A stretch of 64,000 nt of DNA from an uncultured bacterium (lineage in GTDB: Bacteria; Verrucomicrobiota; Kiritimatiellia; RFP12; UBA1067): assembly GCA_902761275.1 (NCBI GenBank), contig CACWJS010000016.1:1581-65580 (forward strand), read 5' to 3'. A program made the translations under genes and the position numbers. The notes under the pieces were generated by a model, which saw only the letters and a list, made by a program, of their open reading frames with translations, made no database searches and was not told the origin of the DNA. Numbering within the stretch: position 1 is the first letter of the stretch; the number at the start of each line of letters is the position of its first letter. Positions 36,460-46,900 of the stretch are shown piece after piece.

Positions 36460-37569
36460 TTAGGGGGCGCGGGGGAGAGCGACGCGGTTGCCGGGGAAGA
36501 ATCGGACGCGACCCTTGAGCCGCAGAGCCATGCAAAGCGCGTTGACTTTTTCGACCGGTAGACCTGTCCGCCGAACGAGGATGTCCATGTGTACGCCCTC
36601 TGCGTCCACTTCGCGCATGATCATTGCCTCTTCCACTGAATACGCGGGGGCGGGAGCGGCGGGCGATGGCGAAACCTTGGCTTTCGCCTTAGGCACCTTG
36701 CGCTCCGCTACAGGAACAAGCGGAGAAAGCTCCTCCTCTACGTCTGCCGCAGAGCGAACAAGCCGCGCGCCATCGCGAAGAAGCGCGAGACATCCAGCGC
36801 TCGAGCGACTGTCGACCCGTCCTGGAACAGCCATCACGACACGACCCATGTCTGCCGCGCACGAAGTAGTGATGAGCGTGCCGCTCTTTATCGGCGCCTC
36901 TATCGCGACAACGCCCGCAGCAAGCGCAGCAACGGTATGGTTGCGCTGCGGGAAAGTTTGCGTGTCGGGATATCGTCCGAAAGGAAACTCGCTTACGACC
37001 GCCCCGCCGTTCTCGACAATCTCCCGTGCAAGAGCGCGGTTCTCCTCGGGGTAGAACTCGTCGAGCCCCGAGCCGATTACGCCGACCGTCTTCCCTTCCG
37101 CGGCCAATGCGCCACGATGAGATTCAGCGTCGACACCAAGCGCGAGCCCGGAAAGCACCGTCCAACCGTCTTCGGCAAGACCCTCGGCAATTTTGAACGC
37201 TTGGTCGAGCCCGTAGGCAGTCGCGCGGCGTGTACCGACGATGGCGACGCAAGGGGAAGAAAGGACGCTTGCGTTACCCTTCACATAGAGCGCAAGCGGA
37301 TGGGACGGCTGCTCAAGAAGCCGAGCCGGATAGCTGGGGTCTGCGGGAGTCACAATCTCAACGCCGTAGCGTTTCGCAAGGGAAAACTCGCGCTCCCAGT
37401 CGAGTTTCGCACCAGAACGCGAGACCTTTTGCGGATAGGACTCCCAGGCGGCGGTGACAGAACCGGATGCGGCGACAAGTTCGGCAAGTTTGACGGAGCC
37501 AATCTTGTCCGTCAAGTTGAAAGCTACATAGGCCTCACGCTCGGTCAAACTGCCCACTTGATTCCCCAC
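36460..37569 (-). CDS. dprA: DNA processing protein DprA
   Basis: Rossmann-like core SGLALGVDAESHRGALAAEGKTVGVIGSGLDEFYPEEN plus a C-terminal winged-helix-like region. GTG start. Confidence 0.85.
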   Translation of the reverse strand: MGNQVGSLTEREAYVAFNLTDKIGSVKLAELVAASGSVTAAWESYPQKVSRSGAKLDWEREFSLAKRYGVEIVTPADPSYPARLLEQPSHPLALYVKGNASVLSSPCVAIVGTRRATAYGLDQAFKIAEGLAEDGWTVLSGLALGVDAESHRGALAAEGKTVGVIGSGLDEFYPEENRALAREIVENGGAVVSEFPFGRYPDTQTFPQRNHTVAALAAGVVAIEAPIKSGTLITTSCAADMGRVVMAVPGRVDSRSSAGCLALLRDGARLVRSAADVEEELSPLVPVAERKVPKAKAKVSPSPAAPAPAYSVEEAMIMREVDAEGVHMDILVRRTGLPVEKVNALCMALRLKGRVRFFPGNRVALPRAP

Positions 37570-37578
37570 CCCACGATA

Positions 37579-37587
37579 TGATATACT
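37579..37587 (+). promoter_or_regulatory. extended -10 box TGATATACT (tRNA-Glu)
   Basis: tgatatact lies 12 nt upstream of the tRNA-Glu 5' end. Identical to the box at 10083..10091. Confidence 0.6.
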
Positions 37588-37599
37588 ATGCGCGTTTTT

Positions 37600-37674
37600 G
37601 GCCCCATCGTCTATCGGCTAGGACACGAGCTTTTCATGCTTGGTAGAGGAGTTCGACTCTCCTTGGGGCTGCCA
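37600..37674 (+). tRNA. tRNA-Glu (anticodon TTC), CCA encoded
   Basis: GGCCCCATCGTCTATCGGCTAGGACA-CGAGC-TTTTCAT-GCTTG-GTAG-AGGAGTTCGACTCTCCT-TGGGGCT-GCCA. Cloverleaf with a G1-U72 pair; close to the E. coli tRNA-Glu layout. Confidence 0.85.
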
Positions 37675-37687
37675 AATCTTCCCCTTC

Positions 37688-39070
37688 TCATTTTCCGCTT
37701 TTAAGTTTCTGGCTGACTGCAAGCATGCGCTCGCCAAGATCCTCGAAGCCGACGTCTGCGGCGTACACGTCCTTGTAGTACTGGTACGCCTTCTCGAGAT
37801 CGCCCGCCTCCTCGGCGCAAAGACCAAGCTGGTAGACAATCTTCTTCTTGAGATCGTCCATCGTTGGAATCGCGTCGCGCGCCGTCTCGAGCTGCATAAC
37901 GGCCATGTCAGTCTGGCCCTTCTTGAGGAAGCACATCGCGAGGTAGTAGAGCGCCCAGAGACGGTCCTTCGGGCTCTTCTGCGCAAGCTGGAGATGCTCA
38001 AGCGCCTCGTCGTAGTATTCGTAGGTGTAGTACTGGAGACCAAGCTCGTAGCGAAGATGCAGGTCGTTCGGGTAGCGCTCGACGCGCTGCGCGAGATCGT
38101 CGAACACGAACTGGTTCTTCTGGTTCTCCATTTCGATGGCGTTCTCCTCGTCGCCTGCGGCGCGGTAGGCCTCGATCTGCTGGTCGTAGTAGTTTACGTA
38201 TGTCTGCGACAGCATACGGTCGAGCTCGGGATCCATCGCCCCCGCCATCTCGATCGCGTCCGTCAGGCACTGAATCGCCTCCTCGAAACGCTTGTTCTGC
38301 ACGTAGAGTCGAGCAAGCGCGCGTCGGAAGTTCATGTTCTTCGGCTCGCGCTCGATCTGAGCGAGCTTTTCCTGGATCAAGGCGTCGGCGTCGTCGCCAG
38401 TGATAACCGCCTTGTTCGCCTGGTCGAGCTTCTTCGCCTGCTCCTTGTTCGCGATAAGGGCCTGGAAACCACCCTTCTTGCCTGCGGTCTGCTCCCACCC
38501 CGCATTCATCGTCGCCTGCGCCTCGGTGTTCTTGAGTAGCTGAAGGATGCGCTGGTCGCCGGGCTTGAGCTCGGAAAGCTTCTGGTAGGCGTCGCGCGCC
38601 TTGTCGTAGCGCTTAGCCATCGTGTAGTACGTCGCCACGCGCTCGAGAAGTGCCGGATCTCGGTTGGAGCACTCGTAGGCGGCCTCTACTGTGATGGCCG
38701 CATGGTCTGCCTTCCCGGCGGCCTCTGCCGCCTTGACAGCCACCTCGATGTTGTCGGGGTCGAGAGGGTTCTGCGAAAGCAGCTTCTCGGCCTCGGCCAT
38801 CGCCTCAGCGCCATGACCTTTCTTCACAAGCCCCATTATCTTCATCTGGGCCATCTTGTAGCCGAGCTTCGCGCCAAAGCCAGTCTTGCCGTTCCTGCGG
38901 AAGTTAGCTATCTGCGCGGCACGAAGCAGCCTGCGCGTCTCGAGGACGTCTGGAGCCGCCGAGACGGCCTCCATCAGCATGTCGACCGCGAGCTCGTAGC
39001 GCCCGGTCTCAAGGGCCTGACGACCCCTGTTTGTAAAATTCTGCGCCTTCTGTGCGAGGTCAACCGCCAT
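37688..39070 (-). CDS. TPR repeat protein (460 aa)
   Basis: Multiple 34-aa TPR-like units (e.g. YYLAMCFLKKGQTDMAVMQLETA, GLCAEEAGDLEKAYQYYKDV). TAATG overlap with the upstream gene. Confidence 0.7.
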   Translation of the reverse strand: MAVDLAQKAQNFTNRGRQALETGRYELAVDMLMEAVSAAPDVLETRRLLRAAQIANFRRNGKTGFGAKLGYKMAQMKIMGLVKKGHGAEAMAEAEKLLSQNPLDPDNIEVAVKAAEAAGKADHAAITVEAAYECSNRDPALLERVATYYTMAKRYDKARDAYQKLSELKPGDQRILQLLKNTEAQATMNAGWEQTAGKKGGFQALIANKEQAKKLDQANKAVITGDDADALIQEKLAQIEREPKNMNFRRALARLYVQNKRFEEAIQCLTDAIEMAGAMDPELDRMLSQTYVNYYDQQIEAYRAAGDEENAIEMENQKNQFVFDDLAQRVERYPNDLHLRYELGLQYYTYEYYDEALEHLQLAQKSPKDRLWALYYLAMCFLKKGQTDMAVMQLETARDAIPTMDDLKKKIVYQLGLCAEEAGDLEKAYQYYKDVYAADVGFEDLGERMLAVSQKLKSGK

Positions 39071-39378
39071 TACGAAACCTCCAGCCTTGTGTCGCCGGGA
39101 TTGTCGAAAACTCCCCCGGCCTTGTAAGTCTCAAGCATGAAATGAGTCGCCGTAGACAGCACGCCGTCTATCGTCGAAAGATCTGCCGCGACGAACTGCG
39201 CAACGTCCTGAAGGCTGTCGCCCTTGACGAACACGAGAAGGTCGTAGCCGCCCGACATCAAAAAGCACGCCTCGACCTGCTCGAACTTTGCAACGCGCTC
39301 GGCAATCTTTCCAAAGCCACAGTCCCTCTGCGGCGTGATCCTGAGCTCGATTACGGCACGGACTCCGTCTTTCTTCAT
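39070..39378 (-). CDS. stand-alone Lrp/AsnC-type ligand-binding (RAM) domain protein
   Basis: ORF 39070..39417 trimmed to ATG 39378 (ATGA overlap with the upstream stop). VRAVIELRI...VEACFLMSGGYDLLVFVKGDSLQDVAQFV pattern. No HTH. Confidence 0.55.
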   Translation of the reverse strand: MKKDGVRAVIELRITPQRDCGFGKIAERVAKFEQVEACFLMSGGYDLLVFVKGDSLQDVAQFVAADLSTIDGVLSTATHFMLETYKAGGVFDNPGDTRLEVS

Positions 39379-39908
39379 TTTGCCCCCTCCTTGCCTTTTG
39401 CGTTGTCCCAGCGGCAAGCCGTCAAGTCATCGACGATCTGCCTTGCAAGATCTTCGGCCGCACGCCCCGAGGCGTCACGCCTTGCAGTGGCCATGTCGGA
39501 ATCCGAGAAAAAGGTAGTCTCGGCCATATATTTGCGGTTGTTGACCATCACCTTGCCATTGCGCCTGTCGATGAACGACACTTCTGCGGAAACCGAGAGT
39601 CTCTGCTCGTAGGCGCGCATCGCCATTTCACGCTTGAAGTAGATGCGGCCAACCGAAGCCGCCTTTATGACGCCCTGAACTTCTATGGCGGCATCGTCCG
39701 CCGAGGCGATCTTGAACGTGCCCTCGCGCTGGAACTCTCGGAGAACCTGACGCGTCGCGACGGCGCCGAGTTCCAGGATGTTGGACTCGTTGCGGAAAGT
39801 GGGAACGGTTACCGTACGCATGTCGGCCGGCACGGGCGACGTCCATCTGTAGTTGGCGCAGCCAGCCAGCGCAAGCATAGCAATGACTGCCGGGAGAATC
39901 TTCTTCAT
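39375..39908 (-). CDS. LptE-like outer-membrane lipoprotein
   Basis: Lipobox LALAGC. Alternating beta-strand pattern and size resemble LptE (VTVPTFRNES...LREFQREG). Confidence 0.5.
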   Translation of the reverse strand: MKKILPAVIAMLALAGCANYRWTSPVPADMRTVTVPTFRNESNILELGAVATRQVLREFQREGTFKIASADDAAIEVQGVIKAASVGRIYFKREMAMRAYEQRLSVSAEVSFIDRRNGKVMVNNRKYMAETTFFSDSDMATARRDASGRAAEDLARQIVDDLTACRWDNAKGKEGAK

Positions 39909-40939
39909 TTGCCTTCCTCCTGAAGCTCAAACAGACGGCGGCGCACTTCCGGCGCCCTGTCGGAAGTCGGGTAGTCGTCAAGGAAACGCTGGTATGCGCT
40001 CATTGCACTGCGCTTCGTGCGCGTGCGCGAATCGTAGAACTTCGCCGCGTTGTAGGCCTCATTCTCGAGAAGCGCCCTCGCCTCGGTGCGGAAACCGCCG
40101 ACCTCCTCGCGTTGCTCGGGCTCGAGCTTGCCCGACTCAATCGCGAACGTAAGAAACCCTATTGTGTCGCGCACCCGCTCGCGGTTGTACTCGCAGCGGT
40201 TAAGCACGACCATGCGCGCCTTCGCCTCGCGGTAGAGGGCTATAACCGCCTCGGGAGAGTCGGGATACATGCTGCGAAGGTTCTCGTAGACGGTCGCCGC
40301 TGTCTCCTGCTTGTCCTCGTCCTCCCTGAGCGACGCAATCGTCAGCATCGCCTTTGGCGCGAACGACGCACCAGGCGCGCGCAAAACGACCGCCTCGTAG
40401 GCGCGACGCACATCTACCGTGTTGTCAAACCTGAAGAAGAGAATAGTCTTGCCTTCGTCGCGCATGAGCTCGGCAGTCTTGTACATAAGATCCACGATCT
40501 CGTCGTAGTTGCACTGGGCCGAGTAGAAGTCGAGAAGATAGCGATATTCCGCAAAAGCGTCTTCCGAATCAAGGAGCTTTCCGAGACAGATGTCGGCGAT
40601 GGCCTTCTGGGCCTTTGGCGCCTCGGGAGAAGTGGGCCACTCGCGCACAAGCGCATCATACGCCTTCTTTGCGCCCTTCCAGGACTCCTCGGCCTCGAGC
40701 GAGGCGGCGTACTTGAACTGCTCGGCAGCGGTATCCATCTTCGGACCGTTTATCCAGCCAAACCACCTCGGTTCCTTGCGAGACGGCTTCAGCAGCTCGT
40801 CTTCGCTGTCAAACCCAGGGTACGCGTCGGTAGCATACCGAATGCCCGGCCCAGGACTCGCGCCCGGCGAGACGGCAACGGCGGCAAACGAGCATCCGAT
40901 AACCGCACCGGCAATAACTATTGCTCTTCCAAGATTCAT
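39905..40939 (-). CDS. TPR-like outer-membrane lipoprotein (BamD/YfiO-like)
   Basis: Lipobox AVIGC. TPR-like helical repeats. Operon partner of the LptE-like gene. Confidence 0.4.
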   Translation of the reverse strand: MNLGRAIVIAGAVIGCSFAAVAVSPGASPGPGIRYATDAYPGFDSEDELLKPSRKEPRWFGWINGPKMDTAAEQFKYAASLEAEESWKGAKKAYDALVREWPTSPEAPKAQKAIADICLGKLLDSEDAFAEYRYLLDFYSAQCNYDEIVDLMYKTAELMRDEGKTILFFRFDNTVDVRRAYEAVVLRAPGASFAPKAMLTIASLREDEDKQETAATVYENLRSMYPDSPEAVIALYREAKARMVVLNRCEYNRERVRDTIGFLTFAIESGKLEPEQREEVGGFRTEARALLENEAYNAAKFYDSRTRTKRSAMSAYQRFLDDYPTSDRAPEVRRRLFELQEEGK

Positions 40940-40947
40940 AGGCGAAT

Positions 40948-40956
40948 ATTATACCA
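40948..40956 (-). promoter_or_regulatory. extended -10 box TGGTATAAT (envelope operon, leaderless)
   Basis: + strand attatacca. ATG 40939 lies 8 nt downstream. Confidence 0.55.
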
Positions 40957-40990
40957 CAAAAACCAGCATGGGCGGATTGGAAATATATTT

Positions 40991-43900
40991 TCACTTAGCA
41001 CCCACGCGGACGGGCTCGGCGGACGAGTGAGCGGTGAATTCGGGGGCGTACATGCACTGGATCGTCGCGATGCCGCTGGAGAACGAGCCGCGCTGCTGGA
41101 CGCGGAACGACGTCTCGAGGACAAAAACGCCCTTGTTCAGCCGGTCGATGTAGTAGTGCGTCGCCGTGTCCTTGGTCGACTGGTAGTACCCGACCCCATC
41201 CTGCCAGCGGTATTTCGAAAGGACATCCACTGGCTCGGCGCATGCAGGACGTTCGTCCGAGAGGTGGACGAACTCGTATGTCCTGTCGCTCGTGATCTCA
41301 AGCCGCGCGACGATTTCGTCGCCTGGCTCAAGCGCCTCGCCAATTGTCGCGAGACGCGTTCCCTCGGTGCCCTTCGTCTTCTTGTAGTACTTCTTTTCGA
41401 TCCTAAGTGCCTTCGGCTCGTGCGCGCGAACCTTGAGGACATCCTCAAAGTAAGACCAGTGGACGCCACCCCAGGAGACTCCCTTCTCACCTGCGCCCTT
41501 GAAGGTGATTTCGCCCATTTCGGGTTTGATGGCGGCGGAATCGAAGCGGACGGACCACATGCCAGTACCAGTTTCGACCGGCTGCGCCGCCGAGACGGCG
41601 GCTCTCCCAGTTAGAACTGATTTGTGGTCAACCTTAACACCGCCGAGCGTCACTTCCGCAAGCGTGTCACCAGCGAGAAGATCTGCGCCACCGCCAAGCA
41701 TAAGCGCATAGATCGCGTCTGCTGTCGCGGCAGTCGTCGTCCAATCCTGCGTCTGCTTCTGCTTTAGAAGCCACACATTGCACGCCTCGGCGCTTGCCTC
41801 GTCCTTAGTCACCTCGCGAAACGCCTCTACAATGAGCGCCTGCGTCGATACTGGCGCCGCGAATACGCTCGACGAGAAGAAGTACGGCCGCTTCCAGTAC
41901 ATGCCGAGCTCGTCAGAAAGAACACCGCGCTCTTTGATTGACGCCATTATCTCGTTTGCCACCTTCACTTCGCCGCGTCGCTTCAGTGCAATCGCCGCCA
42001 GCGCCTGCGATTCGAGCCCTAGATCGGTCCATTCCTTCTTGATGTGGTCGATGAACAGTTTCGCATCCTTCTCGTTCTTCGCAGCGGGAACGACGGCAAA
42101 CGAATGGAGATAGAGCCAGCGAATGTCGAAGCCGTTGACTCGGAACGGTATTTTCAGCTTTTCCTCGTTCCACAGCCGTTCCTTTACATCCTCCGCGACC
42201 TCTCGGTCAAGTGCTGCAGTCGCACGGGCAAAGAAGTTAGGATACTCGTATTTCGCAAGGAAGTTGAGCCGCGCGAATCCTGTGAGGATGTAGAGCGTGA
42301 TGCCAGACGACGACGGTCCACCGGGGAACCACGGCCAGAGTCCGTCGCCGTTGCGCGAAACCGCCAGCTTCTCGATGCATCGCGCCTGCTCGCCCTTGAG
42401 CCGATCCTCTCCGAAGAGATCGCCCAGGCGCGCACGCGCGGCGGTCTCGTGCCCCGCCTCGCGCACCCACGGCGTCGCCTCGAGCGCAATCGCCTTCAAT
42501 TGCGGATTGGTTTCCAGCGGGCTCTTCAGCGCCTCGGCGCCCGCCGCCTTCCACGCATCGAACGTCTCGCGGATTCGCGGATCGGAGTTCGCGATAAACT
42601 CGCCAAGTGCGTTCGCGTAGTAGCGACTGAAAGTCTGCTCACAGCACTCGTGCGGGAACTCCATAAGGTACGGAAGCGACAAGACAGCGTACCATGCCGG
42701 ACGCGACACCGCGCGAACGGTCAGGTCCTGGTGGCGAATCGTCTCCGACCCCTTGCTTGCAAGAAGGTTGTCGAGCTTGAACGACTTCGTCTCGTTGCCG
42801 CGCGCATTGAGCTGCACCGCCTCGCGGACGAGTATGCGCCGCGAGAGAACGGGCAGCACGCCTTCCTCGCCGTCCGTATACTTTTTAAAGGGGACTATTG
42901 TCTTGCTAACAGGGGAACCAGAAGGCGTTCCGCATACAGCCACTGAAGTCACAGGACTTGAAATCGCCGTGGCCTTGGCGATGTACCTGAGATAGGGGCT
43001 TCCATCTGGTATCGAGACGCGGAACTCGATGGTCTTTGATTCGTGAGAGGCAAGATGGAAGTTCTTGAACTCCGGCTCATCTAACTCGTCTGCATCCAAT
43101 TTCCCAAGCATCAAGCACACATCTCCGCCGACTTCCCAGTCTTCCGTGTTCGTCACCTTGACGGGGAAGAGGAAGTCGTCGCCCTCGCGGGCGAAGCGCG
43201 GCGGATTCGGCTCGCACATAAGCGGCTTCGTCGTAACGATCTCGTCGTTGCGGAATATTCCTCCGCGAAGCTCGTTGTCGTGCGCGACCATCAAAAGCTT
43301 CCATCCTGTCAGTGCATCAGGCGCGGTGAATGTAAACGAGACATTGCCGTCAGCGTCCGTCTCAAGATCGGGGAAGAAGAACGCCGTCTCCTTCAGGTTC
43401 TTGCGCGGCGCGACATCGGCAGAATTCTCATCTTTTGATTCCGCACTCTTGTAAGAGGCATTATCATCATCGCCAAAGCACCTCTCCGCTGCAGGCGCGG
43501 CTGCGCAGCACACCATGTCCTCACATGCCTCCTCCATTACAGGCGCGCCTGCGAACGCTGCGCCTATGGATCCGCGCACAGACTCGCGCACCATCATTGC
43601 ATTCCCTTGCATGAAAGGGAAAATTCTCCACGACGGCCAGCAATAGTTAATCCCCTGGAGCATGGACGGGAAACGACCGTCGAGGTGATACAATTCATGT
43701 ACATTGTTCGCCAGCTGAGGCGTGGAAATATAGTGCGTCCACGGCGTAAAGTGGCTCGAGAAGCCAAGCGACACATCGTGCCACTTGTAGGCGTCTAAAG
43801 AGCGGTCGTACATAAAGGCGAGAACTTCAGCCGGACCCGACACCTTGAATTTCCAAGTTTCTTCGGCTCCGGAGGTGAGCTTGCTCGTCAGATGCTCGGC

Positions 43901-46900
43901 CGTGATCTCAAGATACTTGTTGTCCCACGGCACGTTCACCGTCGTGCCGTTGCAGTAAAGTCGGTTCTCGCGGAGGAACGTCGTCTCGATCCTTATCTCG
44001 CCGCGATGTTCGTCCTTGATAGGAAGCTCGTAATACCACGCCGTTCCTTGTTCCCTGTTAAGTTCGAGTTTTGAGTTGGAGTTCGAGAGTGGAATTGTTC
44101 CTTTCTCCAACTCCAACTTTGAACTCCAACTTCCCACATTCCCAATTACCCAATCATTGAAGATAACTTTCCCGTTGTTCGTCACCTTCACGCGGCAGAA
44201 ACCCGACTCGTAGCCGGTGCCCCAATAGACACGCATCGTCTCGCCGACCTTGACCGTGCCCTTTTCGGCGCAGAAGAACTCCGGTACGGCAAGCCCCAGC
44301 GACTTCGACGCAGGATCAAACACGCAGACATGGTCAAAGTCCTTTACGGTCTTGCCGTTCGGGTCCTTCGTCTCGAATGCGAGCCGGTACGCACCTGCAA
44401 CAAGATTTAGCTCAGTCGTCCACTTCTCCAGCTTCTCTCCCTTCGCCTCGACCGACAGGACTTCTTCACCCTGCTCCCAAGTCTTCCAATCCCACGGGCC
44501 CTTCGCGTCGCTGTCATATCCATAACACCCCTCGCCTGCCGGCTTGCGGACAGGACGCGCAGGGGAGTTAAGCCGATATACTTTAAGTGTGCCTCTGACA
44601 GGCAGCGCCGCGCCAGCCAGCGACTTGAGCGACACATTCGCAACGAGAGGTTTCCCTGACTCATGCCACTCGCCTTCCGTCCAGACGCTCGCGCGCCAGG
44701 CCGACGGATCACCCGAAAGGTCGGCGGTTGGCGAAGCAACTGGAGTGAACATCACTTTGAAGACGCCGTTCTCGTCCGTCACCACTTCGCCTTTGTCGAC
44801 GAAGTTCTCCCCGTCGTCATTCTCGCCGCCAAACCAGCGCCACCAGCCGGGATAACGCGTCCGACGCTCGACATTCCACTTGACTTTTGCGTTCTGGACT
44901 GGGAGTCCAGAGTACGTGAGCGCCTTGCCCGTCACAGTCACCGGCTCGCCAAGCTTCGCCTTTTCGGGCGCCCCCTCGAACTGTGCCGTAAACTTCGGAC
45001 GCTTGTATTCCTCGACATTGACTTGCTTGTTCGACTCGCCGCGACGGCCGTCAAAAAGCTGATACCAGGCATTGATAGTATATCGGCCCGTCAGTCGATC
45101 GCTTGGCGCCACGAAGGTGTGGACGAACGAACCCCACTTGTTTGGCTTGAAGCGCACCGAGGCGACATTCTTTCCATTTGGATCCTTAAGCGTCAGGTTT
45201 ATATGCATTTGCGTCTGCGTGCGGAAGTCGCGCGTATGCGGATCGGCGTGGTAGGCGATTCCCTTGACCTTGATTTCCTGCCCGGGGCGGTATAAAGCGC
45301 GATCAGTGAAAAGGTCGATGAACTCTACGGTCTTGTCCCTCTCGTATACATAGCCAGACCCTTCGCTTCCAAGCGACAGCACTTCGTTGCCGTCGAAAAG
45401 CACGCGCACATAGCGGTTGAAAGAATTGTAGTTGTTCTTGTCTGGCACAACGGCCGCGAAGTCGCCGTTCGCGTCGGTAACATACTTCTCCCTGAGGACT
45501 TGCAAGCGTCCGCCCTTCTCAGGATAACCCCACAGCTCCACCGTCGCGCCCTTTACTGGCTCGCCAGACTCCGCAAGGTAGACGGTTCCCTTAAACTCTC
45601 CGTTACCAGTCCTCATCGCAAGCGCAAGCGATGTCACGGTGACATATTCTGCAAAGAGTGGAAGCTTGTCCGCGCCAAACTTCTCGTTTGCCGCGGCGTA
45701 GAGGACATAGTGCCCTGGCTTGAGATCGCTCGGCACAGGGAGCATAAACGACTGCTCCTCGTAGCCGGATTTAAGCGGCAGCACTTCCTTCCATTCCTTC
45801 GCTGGCGTACGCTTCAAGTATTTGTCTTGTGTTGCCGATCTGGATGTTGAATTGTGAATCTCCGAGCCCATCGAAAGGTCGGACACGAGATCGTCAAACG
45901 ACACGGAAACAAGCCGAAAATGAACTTCGCTTAAGTTCTCGACCTCAACCGTGATTTCAGGCCACGGCGCACACCAGTTGCGTTCAACGTCAACCGATAG
46001 CGTAGGCATCTCAATCTCTGCAACGATATTGGCGCACATCTTGCCGCCTGGCGAATCAGGATATTTCTTGGCATAAATTGCGGCAAGATCATGTGCTGCG
46101 ACGAGATCTGGCTTGGTGCTTTGCCGCATGAGATCGGCTCTTTTCGCGGCGGCGATTGCAACCACTTCAGTCTTGCCGTCGTATTCCTTGATAAACCCGT
46201 CGAGGAACTTTTCAAATGCGGCATCACACTCCTTTTCCGGCTTTTCGTCAAAGGACTGAATGTATTCGGCGCGGTCGATCTCGGCAAAGGCGCGAGCATC
46301 TACGTTTCCGTCGGCAATGTGGAACGCTATGAGCGCATCATAAAGCGCAATGCCCTTTTCGAGAGTCCAGTCGGGGAAAATCCACCAGTAAAATGGCACG
46401 GCGTCGCGCACGGCAAAGTCGAAGAGCGTGGGACCATAAGACTCGGGGTAGTTGCCAGGATCAAAGAGCGCTGTCCAATCCGCGAGTTTCTGGTTCTTCA
46501 GCTCGTCGGAAAAGGCAAACACCTTCTCAAATTGCGATTCAAGGGTAGATTCGATCTTCTCCGGCGACCACGGCGGCATCTTGTCCTTCGCCGCGTCATC
46601 GTCGAGCTTCGTCGGCGCCTTGCCACCCAAGCGCCAGCGGAGCGAATTGTCGCGGTAGGTATGGGCAAGGTGGAGCTGGAGAACTGCCTGGAGCGGCGCA
46701 GGCTTCGCGTCAACAGACGCGGCAAAGGCGGGCAGCCAGTCGGCTGTCTGTTCATCCGTAAACTCCTCCATTGCCCGCTCGCGGACGAGAAACGCCCGCG
46801 CCGCCTCCGGCCAGCGCTGCGCAGCCGTGGCCTCGCGCTCGATTTCCTCTACCTTGTTTGTTACTGTGCGCGGAAGGCCCTTCCTCTGCGCCTCTGCGAC

